IMG/VR virus record: IMGVR_UViG_3300037484_001098
Coordinates: 1 to 43,462 of that record
DNA length: 43,462 nt
Direction: 5' to 3' (one strand)
Origin: a virus
Lineage: Duplodnaviria; Caudoviricetes
Shown: positions 1 through 8,561 of the stretch, one piece after another
Layout: the number at the start of each line of letters is the position of its first letter
How positions within the stretch are numbered: position 1 is the stretch's first letter
The notes under the pieces: model-generated
Databases searched by the model: none
Told to the model about the DNA's origin: nothing
What the model saw: only the letters and a program-made list of their open reading frames with translations
Made by a program: the position numbers and the translations under genes

Positions 1-656
1 CCCGCCTCCTGGACCCATCCCTCGAGGGCCTTCCGCTCGTGGGGCCCGGTCACCTGGAGGACGAACAGGCACTCGACCTGGTTGAGGGCGTTCTTGTTCA
101 CCGACTGCGGCCGCTGCGTGACGAGGGTGCAGCCGATCCCGTAGTTCCGGCCGAGCCGGACGATGTGCTCGTACGCCCCGACCATCCGCGCCTCGTCGTG
201 GCCGACCCGCTCCGGGATGAGGAGCTGCGCCTCTTCGACGAACAGGTGCATGGCGGTCCGCTGCTTCTTCTTCAGGTGGAGCAGCTCCTCGGCGAACTCC
301 CAGGCGAACCGTTTCCGCTCGTGGATCCGGAAGCTCGAGATGTCGAGGACGGCGGAGATGTTCTTCTCGACGATCAGTTTTGCCAGCCGGGGCCCGCTCT
401 CCGGGGCGATCGGCACGTCGCCGTGGTCACCGCCCAGGACGAAGATCTCCTTCCCCTTCGACTTCCCGTCGGCGCCGACCCTCAAGCCCCACCAGTTCCC
501 CACGACGTCCAGGCATACGACCTGCGCGCCGGCGTCGAGCATCTGCTCGGCCATCATGGTGGCGAGGTAGGTCTTCCCCGCGCCCTTCCGGCCGATCGCG
601 CCGAAGGTCTGCGTTACGCAATCCAGCGGGAGGGACAGGCCGGAGGCGATGCGGAT
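1..656 (+). repeat. Diverged direct repeat, copy 1 (copy 2 at 41964-42619)
   Basis: Manual alignment: colinear, 15 substitutions in 656 nt. Confidence 0.95.
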
Positions 657-659
657 CAT
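1..659 (-). CDS. HerA/DUF87-like P-loop ATPase, 5' part (runs off left edge); second allele of 40919-42625
   Basis: ATG at 659 (overlaps stop of upstream gene); MIRIASGLSLPLDCVTQTFGAIGRKGAGKTY Walker A; ~98% nt identical to 41964-42619. Confidence 0.85.
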   Translation of the reverse strand, partial: MIRIASGLSLPLDCVTQTFGAIGRKGAGKTYLATMMAEQMLDAGAQVVCLDVVGNWWGLRVGADGKSKGKEIFVLGGDHGDVPIAPESGPRLAKLIVEKNISAVLDISSFRIHERKRFAWEFAEELLHLKKKQRTAMHLFVEEAQLLIPERVGHDEARMVGAYEHIVRLGRNYGIGCTLVTQRPQSVNKNALNQVECLFVLQVTGPHERKALEGWVQEA

Positions 660-949
660 GCCTTCCTCTCCAGCCGGTCGATTTCCGCAGCGATCAGGGC
701 GCCGGCGATGGCGAGAGACCGGATGCGGTCATGCTTCTCGCGCTTGTCCCAATCGGGGTGCCACGGCCACCATTCGGAAGTTTCCGCCTGCCAATGGTCC
801 GCATATGTGGGCATCTTGTTCAGTGCATAGCAGGCTGCGGCGATCGTGAGTTCTCCTTGGTCGTGCTGCGCGTCATGCTCCGGCGTCCATCCTTCCTGCT
901 CGGTCTGCCGCTTTCGCTCGGCGGCGATCATCTCGATTCCCTTGCTCAT
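656..949 (-). CDS. Conserved phage early hypothetical protein
   Basis: MSKGIEMIAAERKRQ..EGWTPEHD..H..GEL..AA..YA..WPW..AGALIAAEIDRL, a recurrent phage early-region family; ATGA coupling on both sides. Confidence 0.8.
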   Translation of the reverse strand: MSKGIEMIAAERKRQTEQEGWTPEHDAQHDQGELTIAAACYALNKMPTYADHWQAETSEWWPWHPDWDKREKHDRIRSLAIAGALIAAEIDRLERKA

Positions 950-1614
950 CTCTTCACCTTCCTCTTGGCGAGCTCCACCCGCACGGTATGCGCCACCCCT
1001 CCGTCGAAGTCCTGCCGGGTCGCCCATTCCAGGTAGTCCGTAGGCACCTCACTCCACGGCTTCCCGAAGTGCTTCCCCATCGGCACGCGGGGGAGGAGGG
1101 GAGGTTCCGAGCTCCACGTCACGAGTTGCTCGATCGGAACCAGTTCGAGGCATCGGATCAGGATCCGCGCCGTCACGTGGCAGTCGGGGAGCGCCCGGTG
1201 CGGCGGCATACCGGCCTCGCCGGGGTCGCAACCGGAGACAAAATAACGCAGGACGCTGTTCGTGTGCTTCGGACTATCTGGCCACAGCCGGAGCGCGCAC
1301 TTGTACGTGTCGATCCAGCGGGACCCCTCCGGGTTGAAGAAGGACTTCTCGAAATCGGCGTTGTGGGCGCAGTAGATCCCGTCGCATGTGATTGTGAAAC
1401 GTGCTTCATCCCAAGGGCACCCGCTGAACACTTCCTTGTCCGAGATGTGGTGCGCGGCTCGGGCCTCGACGCTGACCGGCCGCTCGGACCGTACGATCCT
1501 CGACCAACCCGACCCGTCGATGTAGAGACTGTCTATCACGTCCACGTACGCCGCCTCGATCACGTCCGCTTCGGGGGGGAGGCCGGTCGTTTCGAAGTCG
1601 ATGACCCGGATCAT
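946..1614 (-). CDS. DEDDh 3'-5' exonuclease, exodeoxyribonuclease X-like
   Basis: ExoI IDFETTG, ExoII HNADFE, ExoIII HRALPD; C-terminal PMGKHFGKPWSEVPTDYLEW motif typical of ExoX. Confidence 0.9.
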   Translation of the reverse strand: MIRVIDFETTGLPPEADVIEAAYVDVIDSLYIDGSGWSRIVRSERPVSVEARAAHHISDKEVFSGCPWDEARFTITCDGIYCAHNADFEKSFFNPEGSRWIDTYKCALRLWPDSPKHTNSVLRYFVSGCDPGEAGMPPHRALPDCHVTARILIRCLELVPIEQLVTWSSEPPLLPRVPMGKHFGKPWSEVPTDYLEWATRQDFDGGVAHTVRVELAKRKVKR

Positions 1615-1826
1615 GTCGGCGCCACCACTTCGGCCGTCCCCTTCTCCTTCTTCGCGCGGATCCGGGCGCGAAAGAGCCCTCGGACCGCCTCGCCGAGTTC
1701 CTTGTCGCTGGCGGTGTCGAGGACCACGACGGGCTTGCCGTGATCCTCGAGGCTGCCGTCCTTGTCGATCAGCAGCTGGAGCACGTAGGCGTTTCCGACT
1801 TCCGACACGCCGACCTTCTTCTCCAA
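1611..1826 (-). CDS. Hypothetical protein
   Basis: TTG start after AAGGAG RBS; stop overlaps exonuclease start. Confidence 0.55.
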   Translation of the reverse strand: MEKKVGVSEVGNAYVLQLLIDKDGSLEDHGKPVVVLDTASDKELGEAVRGLFRARIRAKKEKGTAEVVAPT

Positions 1827-1928
1827 TGGATTCTCCTTTTTCGTGGCCGGCGGGGTTGGCGGCACCACCGACCGTTACACAGCCGCCCCTGCGTTCCCCC
1901 GGCAACGTATGAGCGCGGGGGGAAGGGG

Positions 1929-2660
1929 TTATCTTCCCGTCGATCTACGCGCTGTCTCCGGCCATGTCTTCACGCCGGGGCAGGAGAAGGACGCTTTCTG
2001 GGCGATCACGGTGCGCCGGATGGCTACCTCGTCGGCCTGTAGATATGTCAGCGGGGCCTTCCCGGACGCTACCGCGAGGACGAGAGCTCGTAGGTCCATT
2101 ACCTCGCATTTCCAGTTCGTGACCTCCGCGCTTCCTGCCAGCTTCGGCGGGGGAGGGGGCGCCGGGACGAATATCGGAGTGACGATAGCCTCCTGGATGA
2201 TGGCGGCGGCTTCCTCCTTCTCGCCGGCGGCTTCCGCTTCGGCGGCGGCACGGAGGGCGGCTTCCTCGGCCTCCTTGCGGGCCTTCGCCTCGGCGACCCG
2301 CCGCTCCTCCTCCCGGCGCTTCCGGTCCTCCGCATCGAACCGCATGATCTCCCGGTTGACGATCCCCCCCGCCTCCACGATGGGGGCCTCGGCGGCGGTC
2401 TTCTCGGCGACCAGTCCTGCGCGGGTAGCATCTGCCGCCATCTTTGCGGCCTTCGCCCGGTCGATATGGGGATCGAACACGGCGGCGATGCGCTTGCGGG
2501 CCTCCCGGCATTTCAGGAAGAAGGCGTTCGCGGCCTCCTTCGTGGCGTAGTCGGATACCACGATGGACCGCGCATTGTCGGGGAGGGCGAGGGCGAGGGA
2601 CTGCGCTTCCTCGCGCTCCGGGGAAATGTCGATGGTGCGGGCCTCAGAAGGGGGCATCAT
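1929..2660 (-). CDS. Coiled-coil phage protein of the recombination module (Gp157/Gam-like position)
   Basis: Long helical/coiled-coil, C-terminal W..EV.D...PGV motif; lies downstream of the exonuclease/SSAP pair. Confidence 0.6.
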   Translation of the reverse strand: MMPPSEARTIDISPEREEAQSLALALPDNARSIVVSDYATKEAANAFFLKCREARKRIAAVFDPHIDRAKAAKMAADATRAGLVAEKTAAEAPIVEAGGIVNREIMRFDAEDRKRREEERRVAEAKARKEAEEAALRAAAEAEAAGEKEEAAAIIQEAIVTPIFVPAPPPPPKLAGSAEVTNWKCEVMDLRALVLAVASGKAPLTYLQADEVAIRRTVIAQKASFSCPGVKTWPETARRSTGR

Positions 2661-2874
2661 CTTTGGCCTCCTGAGCCGGGGCGGGAGCCGGAGTCGGCAT
2701 CGCCTCCTCATCCATGTCATCGAAGGTGGAAAGGGCGGCTTTCCCTATATTCGAGGCGTCATACCCGGCCCTTTCGGTTGCGCGACCATTTGTGGGATCG
2801 ATCCCGACGAGATTCCCTTTGTACGGAAGAATAAGGAATCCCTCTTTCATCTTCATAACGATTACCGCCTTCAT
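2644..2874 (-). CDS. Hypothetical protein
   Basis: ATG after GGAGG; ATGA overlap with the nuclease gene. Confidence 0.55.
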   Translation of the reverse strand: MKAVIVMKMKEGFLILPYKGNLVGIDPTNGRATERAGYDASNIGKAALSTFDDMDEEAMPTPAPAPAQEAKDDAPF

Positions 2875-3452
2875 GCTGCCTCCTTTTTCCATCTGACGAC
2901 CGTTAAAGCCGCCAAAAAGATTTGATAGTCTCGTTTCATGTCCTTCAGGTTGCAGGTCTTCAGCCGGTACTTCCCGTCATCCTGCAAGCAGAGGACCGCC
3001 CCCTGTGTCGCGTGGATGTCCTCGTTCGCTTGGATCAGTTGCTGGTACGCCGCCACCTGTAGCCAGTTCGCCGGAATCGGAACGCCGGACTTGATATCGA
3101 TCACTACGATCCGGTCGTGCATCCGAACGACGCGATCCGGCGTCCCGGCGAAAAGATGCTGCGCGTGGTAAAGCGGCTTTTCCGAAACGATAATTTCCGG
3201 GCGGCAGTCCTCGATGAACCGCTGGTAAGCTTCGCAGAATGGAACGAGGACCGGATCAAGCTCGGTCCAGTCCAGCGTCCCCCGGTCGATCATCTCGGAT
3301 GCCGCGTGGATGTATTTCCCCCGCGTCATGTACCACTCGTGTGAGAAGCGGTAATCCGTCAAGCCCGCATCCCCAAGGATCTCCGTCACCGACTCCAAAC
3401 GGCGATCGCCGAGGAAGTATTCGTGGTTCTCTGCGTCGAAGCGGAAGGTCAC
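2871..3452 (-). CDS. PD-(D/E)XK exonuclease (RecB/Cas4/lambda-Exo superfamily)
   Basis: H.Y..SVT.IL, RG..IH, E..LY, FAGTPD, IDIKSG, LQVAAY motifs; GTG start overlapping SSAP stop. Confidence 0.85.
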   Translation of the reverse strand: MTFRFDAENHEYFLGDRRLESVTEILGDAGLTDYRFSHEWYMTRGKYIHAASEMIDRGTLDWTELDPVLVPFCEAYQRFIEDCRPEIIVSEKPLYHAQHLFAGTPDRVVRMHDRIVVIDIKSGVPIPANWLQVAAYQQLIQANEDIHATQGAVLCLQDDGKYRLKTCNLKDMKRDYQIFLAALTVVRWKKEAA

Positions 3453-4333
3453 GCCGCGCTCTCCTTCGTCGCCTTGTCGAACTGTTCCTTGGCCTTCGAA
3501 TGGAATGCCTTCAGCGGAGACCATTCCCCGCCGCCCTTCTTCGGCATGGAGAACTTGATGGCCGCGAAATCGGACTCGCCGAATTTCCCCTCCTTGTTGA
3601 CGGTGAGGGAATAAAGAATTTCCTCCGGCTTGAGTCCGCTCACTTCGCCGATCACCTTGCACATCGCCTCCAGCTCGGAGCGGAGTTCCGCTTCAGGCTT
3701 CTCGGGTTCTGAGGATGCCGCCCCTTTCTCTTGCGGGGGCTTTACCTCGCCCTTCTTTTTGTACTCGACCTTCCCGAGGACATCCCCCTGCTTGATCCCC
3801 GCGAACTTCTCCAGGTCATCCCACGTCAGGTTGCGGATGCCGAGAAGTCGGGTGATCCCGTTCCCGAGGAGGTTCGTCAGCGCGGCCATCTTCACGTCGC
3901 GCCGGTTGTCGCGTTCATCGACGGTCTTCTCGCGGTCGAGTCCTCCCTCCTTCTTGTAAAGATTCTGCTTGAAGAAGGAATCCTTCGAGCTGCGCGACCC
4001 TTCGACCTCGATGGACCGCCCGCCCATTGTGAACCGCCCCTGGAACGTGTAGGTGTAGTGGCCATCGGCCTCCGTCTCGCAGAGAGGCTCCGGCGTCAGG
4101 AAGCTCCACGACACGTTGAAGAGGTTGGCGATCTTCTCGGCCCCGCTCACCTGGAGGTACGGATTCCCCTGTTGGTCGGTCCAGTCCCGGGGGTTCGTCA
4201 CCTTCAGGGCGAGCTGCTTGATCTTGATTACCGCGTCGATCCTGGCCTCGGCTGTCCGCGCGACCGCGATGAGGGTGTCATCGGCGAGTGCGGGAAGGTC
4301 ATCGTTCACTACCCTTGCAATTTCTCCGCTCAT
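3449..4333 (-). CDS. Putative single-strand annealing recombinase (Rad52/Sak-like)
   Basis: DW..GNPYLQVSGAEKIA motif, ..KMAALTN..GITRLLG; translationally coupled to an exonuclease (Red-like pair). Confidence 0.6.
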   Translation of the reverse strand: MSGEIARVVNDDLPALADDTLIAVARTAEARIDAVIKIKQLALKVTNPRDWTDQQGNPYLQVSGAEKIANLFNVSWSFLTPEPLCETEADGHYTYTFQGRFTMGGRSIEVEGSRSSKDSFFKQNLYKKEGGLDREKTVDERDNRRDVKMAALTNLLGNGITRLLGIRNLTWDDLEKFAGIKQGDVLGKVEYKKKGEVKPPQEKGAASSEPEKPEAELRSELEAMCKVIGEVSGLKPEEILYSLTVNKEGKFGESDFAAIKFSMPKKGGGEWSPLKAFHSKAKEQFDKATKESAA

Positions 4334-4557
4334 ACTTTTCCTCCTCTGTTTTGTGCGTCTCTAATTAATGTTTCGCCCCATTCCTCATCCCGCTTTCGTT
4401 CCATTTCCATATCTCCCCAATCCTCGCACCCCGGACAGCACCCGCATCCCCTCGGCCCGGGGGAATCGCAATACTCCGACGGCTCCTCCTCCTCGAGCTC
4501 GGGAGGGTTCATGATGTGGCGGTCGATCGCGGCGCGAGTGCGGGCGTCGATGCTCAC
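4330..4557 (-). CDS. Small acidic Cys-containing hypothetical protein
   Basis: ORF with C..C.CC..C cluster; coupled to neighbours. Confidence 0.5.
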   Translation of the reverse strand: MSIDARTRAAIDRHIMNPPELEEEEPSEYCDSPGPRGCGCCPGCEDWGDMEMERKRDEEWGETLIRDAQNRGGKV

Positions 4558-4631
4558 GACAGCCACCCCAACAGCGTCGCCACCGCGACGACGTACAGCC
4601 CGAGGACGATGGCCTTGTCGGTGAGGGTCAT
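4554..4631 (-). CDS. 25-aa hydrophobic peptide
   Basis: MTLTDKAIVLGLYVVAVATLLGWLS; ATGA/GTGA overlaps on both sides. Confidence 0.45.
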   Translation of the reverse strand: MTLTDKAIVLGLYVVAVATLLGWLS

Positions 4632-4804
4632 TTGGTGATCCACTGGATGCACACGGCCAGGAGGATTACGACCGCGGAGATCTTCACCGTGATCGCCGTC
4701 CATGGAGTAGGTTGATGCAGCAAAAGATAACTATCCTGGTGCGCCGCCGCCATCGCTCCAGCGGACAGGTAGGCACGATCAACTAAGGTCAACTTGGTAA
4801 TCAT
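4628..4804 (-). CDS. Small membrane protein
   Basis: 58 aa, C-terminal hydrophobic stretch ISAVVILLAVCIQW; AAGGAGG RBS. Confidence 0.5.
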   Translation of the reverse strand: MITKLTLVDRAYLSAGAMAAAHQDSYLLLHQPTPWTAITVKISAVVILLAVCIQWITK

Positions 4805-5271
4805 GTGGTCCTCCTTCCGTGGATCACCGCGCCCATGTCGACCAGCTTCTCGCGGAAGGCTTCCTTCTCCGAGGGCGTCATCGGCGCGAACCCCTTTGCG
4901 GCGGCCTCGCGGAAGTCGGCGTCCAGCGGGCGGGAGCCGCGGTGCTCGCCCGGGACTGTCGCCTCGGGATGCCGGTACAGGGCGTTCTCGGGATCACCGT
5001 GCGGGTGGATCAGGAAACGAGGGCAGCCGTAGGCTTCGGCTGTTTCCTTTCCGTGAGCGATCGCTATCGTAAGGGTGCCCAAGAAATAGAAGGCGTCGAC
5101 AAGAGCGCCGTCTGCCTCTTGGAACACGATGGACAGATCAAGGTATGGGTCGCGCTCAGCGTCGAGGACCTGCTCCCGGTCGAGCGCCGCATCCTCTGGG
5201 CTCTGGTGGCATGGGGAGCACATCGGGTGGAACTTGCCGCAGCGGTAACAATCTCCGTCGACTTTCGCCAT
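4801..5271 (-). CDS. Hypothetical protein (N-terminal CxxC..C..C)
   Basis: ORF track; AAAGGAG RBS. Confidence 0.55.
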   Translation of the reverse strand: MAKVDGDCYRCGKFHPMCSPCHQSPEDAALDREQVLDAERDPYLDLSIVFQEADGALVDAFYFLGTLTIAIAHGKETAEAYGCPRFLIHPHGDPENALYRHPEATVPGEHRGSRPLDADFREAAAKGFAPMTPSEKEAFREKLVDMGAVIHGRRTT

Positions 5272-5285
5272 CGTCGTGTCTCCTT

Positions 5286-5498
5286 TCAGGTCCGACGGAA
5301 CGCGCGCCGACCGTCGCCCCGGGCGGCTTGCGTAGCGTCGTAGGCGTCGGCCAACATCAGGCCCGCCATGTTCTGGACATCGAGCGTGGGACGGTAGTTA
5401 CCCGCGGCGTTGAGCAGGTCCTCGAAAGATGCGGCGGTATGCAGATCGCGGGTGATGCAGTCGAGGACATCGCGGTCGATCATTGCGATTTTTGCCAT
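5286..5498 (-). CDS. Hypothetical protein, first gene of the leftward early operon
   Basis: AAGGAGG RBS, directly downstream of PL. Confidence 0.6.
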   Translation of the reverse strand: MAKIAMIDRDVLDCITRDLHTAASFEDLLNAAGNYRPTLDVQNMAGLMLADAYDATQAARGDGRRAFRRT

Positions 5499-5522
5499 CG
5501 CTTTTCCCTCCTTTTCTGTTGT

Positions 5523-5574
5523 CGCTAACAGAAAGATAGCGTACCGTCGAAACCTTGTCAACAAAAAGTTAGCG
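5523..5574 (-). promoter_or_regulatory. PL promoter with two operator sites
   Basis: Minus strand TTGACA (5561-5556), 17 bp, TATCTT (5538-5533); operators CGCTAAC-N5-GATAGCG (5523-5541) and tgtcAAC-N5-GTTAGCG (5556-5574). Confidence 0.8.
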
Positions 5575-5600
5575 GTGGAGAGAAAAAAATATTGAGGGGA

Positions 5601-6080
5601 TTAGCGGGGTGTCCGGAAGGTAAGCGAATCCTGGAAGAATATCACCTTGGCACTATCGTCTGGTTCCTGGTGCCCCATGAAGTTCCGGAAAATGACACGG
5701 CGGGGGTGGAAGGCTGGGTCCAGGTCCATGATCCATTCCTCTTCCTTCGTACTCAGCAGCTCATTGGGGATCCCATCGGCCCGCGCGTCGGACCTCCAGA
5801 TGATCGTGCGGGGTCTCCCCCATGCGGCCTCAACCATCTCCTTCCTCATGCCGATCCGCAGGCGCTTCGCCCCGACGCTGTTGCAGATCACGTTGTCCCA
5901 GGCAGGGTAGGCGCCATGGATGATCGACCCCGCGGAGGATAGGGGGATCGCCCGGGCGGCCGCAAGGTTCTCGGCGGATACCGACTTCTTCGGGAGGAAG
6001 AAAAGCACGTAGGCAATCGAGGAGAGAAACGCGACGAACAGGAGGGCTGCGACGAATTGACCGGCCCGGAAGCCCTTCAC
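5601..6080 (-). CDS. Membrane-anchored protein co-transcribed with the repressor
   Basis: N-terminal TM helix; LRIGMRKEMVEAAWGRP resembles the SmpA/OmlA (BamE)-like motif; GTGA overlap with cI stop. Confidence 0.65.
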   Translation of the reverse strand: MKGFRAGQFVAALLFVAFLSSIAYVLFFLPKKSVSAENLAAARAIPLSSAGSIIHGAYPAWDNVICNSVGAKRLRIGMRKEMVEAAWGRPRTIIWRSDARADGIPNELLSTKEEEWIMDLDPAFHPRRVIFRNFMGHQEPDDSAKVIFFQDSLTFRTPR

Positions 6081-6736
6081 CCGATCTTCCTCACGAGCTG
6101 CACCACCTTGTAGAAGCGATAGTCCTTCGCATCCTTGGCGTGAACGAGGAGCGTCTCGAAGTCCGGATTCATTGGGGACAATATAATCCGGTTGTCGGTC
6201 TTTTTGAACCTTTTAATTGTCTTCCCCGGGGGTCCGCAAGCGAGCACCACGTTGCCGTCTTCGACCCGCTTGTTCGGCTCGATCAGCAGCGCATCCCCGG
6301 GCTTTATGTCCCCGCCGATCATGGAGGTTCCGCGAACGATGATGAAGAAAGCGTTCTGATCGTTCGATCGGGAGGGGAGATACCGGTCGGCCGTCCCGGC
6401 GGGGAAATCGAGATCTCCGGCGTCGAGCCATTCCCCGGCCTGCGCCTCGTTGATCACGGGAATCATCCGGGCGTCGAGCTGCGCTGTGAAGCCCGCGAAT
6501 CCGCCGCTGATCCCGGTGACTTCCTCGGGCGTGGCCTTGTAGCGGTCGCAGATCGCCCGTAGCATGTCCGTTGTAAGGCGGCGCTCTCCGTTCTCGATCA
6601 TGGACATATTGCTCGACCAGAGCTTCGGTATCGCCTTGGCGAAATCTGCCTGGCTCATCCCTTTCGATTCCCGGAACTTTTTCAGGTGAGCCCCTACGAC
6701 CGCCCACTCCGGCCTGATTTTCTTCTCTTTTTCCAT
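6077..6736 (-). CDS. cI: CI-like repressor, XRE HTH plus S24 autopeptidase
   Basis: HTH LKKFRESKGMSQADFA..SMIENGER; A-G cleavage site (AQAG), catalytic Ser (GTSM) and Lys (TIKR). Confidence 0.92.
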   Translation of the reverse strand: MEKEKKIRPEWAVVGAHLKKFRESKGMSQADFAKAIPKLWSSNMSMIENGERRLTTDMLRAICDRYKATPEEVTGISGGFAGFTAQLDARMIPVINEAQAGEWLDAGDLDFPAGTADRYLPSRSNDQNAFFIIVRGTSMIGGDIKPGDALLIEPNKRVEDGNVVLACGPPGKTIKRFKKTDNRIILSPMNPDFETLLVHAKDAKDYRFYKVVQLVRKIG

Positions 6737-6798
6737 AAACGAAATGTTTTCTTTTTCGCGGGGATAAATCAATGGCGATATCCCTCCTGAAAATATAC

Positions 6799-6827
6799 TT
6801 GACATACCGCTAACGGATTGTTAGCGT
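6799..6827 (+). promoter_or_regulatory. PR promoter overlapped by a perfect operator palindrome
   Basis: TTGACA (6799-6804), 17 bp, TAGCGT (6822-6827); CGCTAAC-GGATT-GTTAGCG at 6808-6826. Confidence 0.85.
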
Positions 6828-6846
6828 TCGTTTCGGAGGTGACCGG

Positions 6847-7080
6847 ATGCAGATCGAACTCTCGAAGCAGGAAATGGAGAAGATCCAGGAGGAGTCGGCC
6901 CGCGAGGGTCTCGGGAAAGACGGGAAAGGATTCTCCGCCGAGTACTTGATCATGGTGAAGAACGGCAACCGGGAGGTTTCCAAGGCGCTGGCGCCGATCA
7001 TCTCCCGGGTGACGGGGCGGTACTCGGTCATGTATCTCCTGTACCCGGCCAACGGTGGGAAGAAAGCGTCCAACGAATGA
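6847..7080 (+). CDS. cro: Cro-like regulator
   Basis: Small gene divergent from cI, GGAGG RBS, S..YL..VKNG.R.VS..LA..I HTH pattern. Confidence 0.7.
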   Translation: MQIELSKQEMEKIQEESAREGLGKDGKGFSAEYLIMVKNGNREVSKALAPIISRVTGRYSVMYLLYPANGGKKASNE

Positions 7081-7110
7081 GGCGGCGGTCTCCATCGCCT
7101 CTCTTTTTTG
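7079..7110 (+). terminator. tR1-like intrinsic terminator
   Basis: GAGGCG...CGCCTC hairpin followed by TCTTTTTT. Confidence 0.5.
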
Positions 7111-7166
7111 CCACACGTCCCACCGGCGCTGACAGGAAATAAACTTTCCGGAGGTTTCCGCAGACC

Positions 7167-7559
7167 GTGAAGCCCGCCGAATCAAGCCTAAGACTCCCGT
7201 TCCGCGAGAAGAAATTCCGCAACCTGAAAGAGGCCATGAGGCACGGCATTTACAGCCGCCCCGGTGGGAAGAATGCCGAGACGCTGGCGATGGAGGCCGG
7301 GCTCGACCGCCTCTCCGACCTGTCCCGCTACGTTGGCGACAACCCCGACGATCCCCGCGGCCGCTTTCTGGACATTTTCATCCCGCTACTGATCGCCATG
7401 GGGGAGAAGGGCGTCGAGGTCCACGACTACGTCGGCGAGGAGATCCGCGCCGCGCAGGAGAAGGGCCGCGAGGACGATGAGGCGGCGGCGAACAGGATCA
7501 TCGTGGAGTACGGCCCCGCCGTGTTCGAGGCGCTGAAGGTCAAGGCGGCGAAGCGCTGA
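7167..7559 (+). CDS. CII-like regulator
   Basis: Position after cro; HTH-like segment followed by NPDD..R and LLIAMG pattern. Confidence 0.55.
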   Translation: MKPAESSLRLPFREKKFRNLKEAMRHGIYSRPGGKNAETLAMEAGLDRLSDLSRYVGDNPDDPRGRFLDIFIPLLIAMGEKGVEVHDYVGEEIRAAQEKGREDDEAAANRIIVEYGPAVFEALKVKAAKR

Positions 7560-8191
7560 TGGGATGTCCTTACATCCACAAGCCGCAAGCGTGCGCCAAG
7601 CGGCAGGAATGGACGACGCCGGCCCCAAGTGACTGTAGGGCTTGCGACCGCCGGGGGCGGCCGGCGACCCCTTCCGAACCAGAGGATCCTCCCGTAACGT
7701 CTCGCCCGAAACCCGAAACGATCACCCCGATAAAGGAGAAGCCGATGCCGAACAAGATGACGCCGAAGGAGAGGTGCCTCGCGCTGCTTACACGGAACGG
7801 GTCCGCTTCTCCGAGCCTGATGATGCAGCGTTGCCACATCGCCTCGGAGGATCTGAAGGTGATCGTCGCCGCGGGGGAGATCAAGGTGTGGCCGTACCGC
7901 GGCAGCCGCCAGAAGATGACGTCGATCTACACGCTTCCGGACGCCAAGGATCCCCGGACGAAGGAGATGCTCGAGGGAGGAGTCGCGAAGTCGGAGAAGA
8001 AGGTGGCGCCGGCGAAACCCGCGACGCCCCGTGTCGCGCGCGCGACGGCTCCTGTCGCGAAGACCGCGCCCTCGAACGGCGGCAGCCCCCTCACCGCCGC
8101 GATCGCCGACCTCGAGGCGCGGCGCACCATCGCGTTGGACCAGGTGGAGAAGTTCGACCGCGCGCTCGAGACGCTGCGGGCCCTGGCGTGA
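7559..8191 (+). CDS. Hypothetical protein
   Basis: ORF track; TGATG coupling; true start may be internal. Confidence 0.55.
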   Translation: MGCPYIHKPQACAKRQEWTTPAPSDCRACDRRGRPATPSEPEDPPVTSRPKPETITPIKEKPMPNKMTPKERCLALLTRNGSASPSLMMQRCHIASEDLKVIVAAGEIKVWPYRGSRQKMTSIYTLPDAKDPRTKEMLEGGVAKSEKKVAPAKPATPRVARATAPVAKTAPSNGGSPLTAAIADLEARRTIALDQVEKFDRALETLRALA

Positions 8192-8367
8192 ACGACGAGC
8201 GGGAAAAGAAGTGTACCCGCTGCGGCGAGTATTGGCCCGCGGACGAGGAGTTCTTCCGGATGCTCCATCGGTACGGCAGCCACTCGCTGGCCTCGTGGTG
8301 CCGGGCCTGCGAGACCGAGCAGAAGGCGGAACACCGACGGCAGCAGGCGCAGGAGGCGCTGGCGTGA
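8188..8367 (+). CDS. Small zinc-finger protein
   Basis: KKCTRCGEYWP..EFF...WCRAC. Confidence 0.6.
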   Translation: MNDEREKKCTRCGEYWPADEEFFRMLHRYGSHSLASWCRACETEQKAEHRRQQAQEALA

Positions 8368-8561
8368 CCCGCCCGCTCGTTCTCTGGATCACCGGCATCC
8401 GCTACCTCCAGGGCGTACCTATGGCCGTGAAGCACAGGCTCCCAGGCGGCAAAGAGGACGAGATCCCCTGGCATGAGGTCAGCCGGGACGAGCGGCAGCA
8501 GGCGTACGAGGCGGAACTGTCGAAGATGGGCGCGTGCGAGATGGCGGGGCGCCCAAGGTGA
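8364..8561 (+). CDS. Hypothetical protein
   Basis: GTG start, GGAGG RBS, GTGA overlaps. Confidence 0.5.
   Translation: MTRPLVLWITGIRYLQGVPMAVKHRLPGGKEDEIPWHEVSRDERQQAYEAELSKMGACEMAGRPR

Noticed and set aside
1-656. Terminal repeat or assembly overlap of one circular genome
   Set aside because: The copies differ at 15 mostly silent sites, and their adjoining sequences are unrelated
2871-3452. Cas4 indicating a CRISPR system
   Set aside because: No Fe-S cysteine set, no array, no other cas genes; the context is phage recombination
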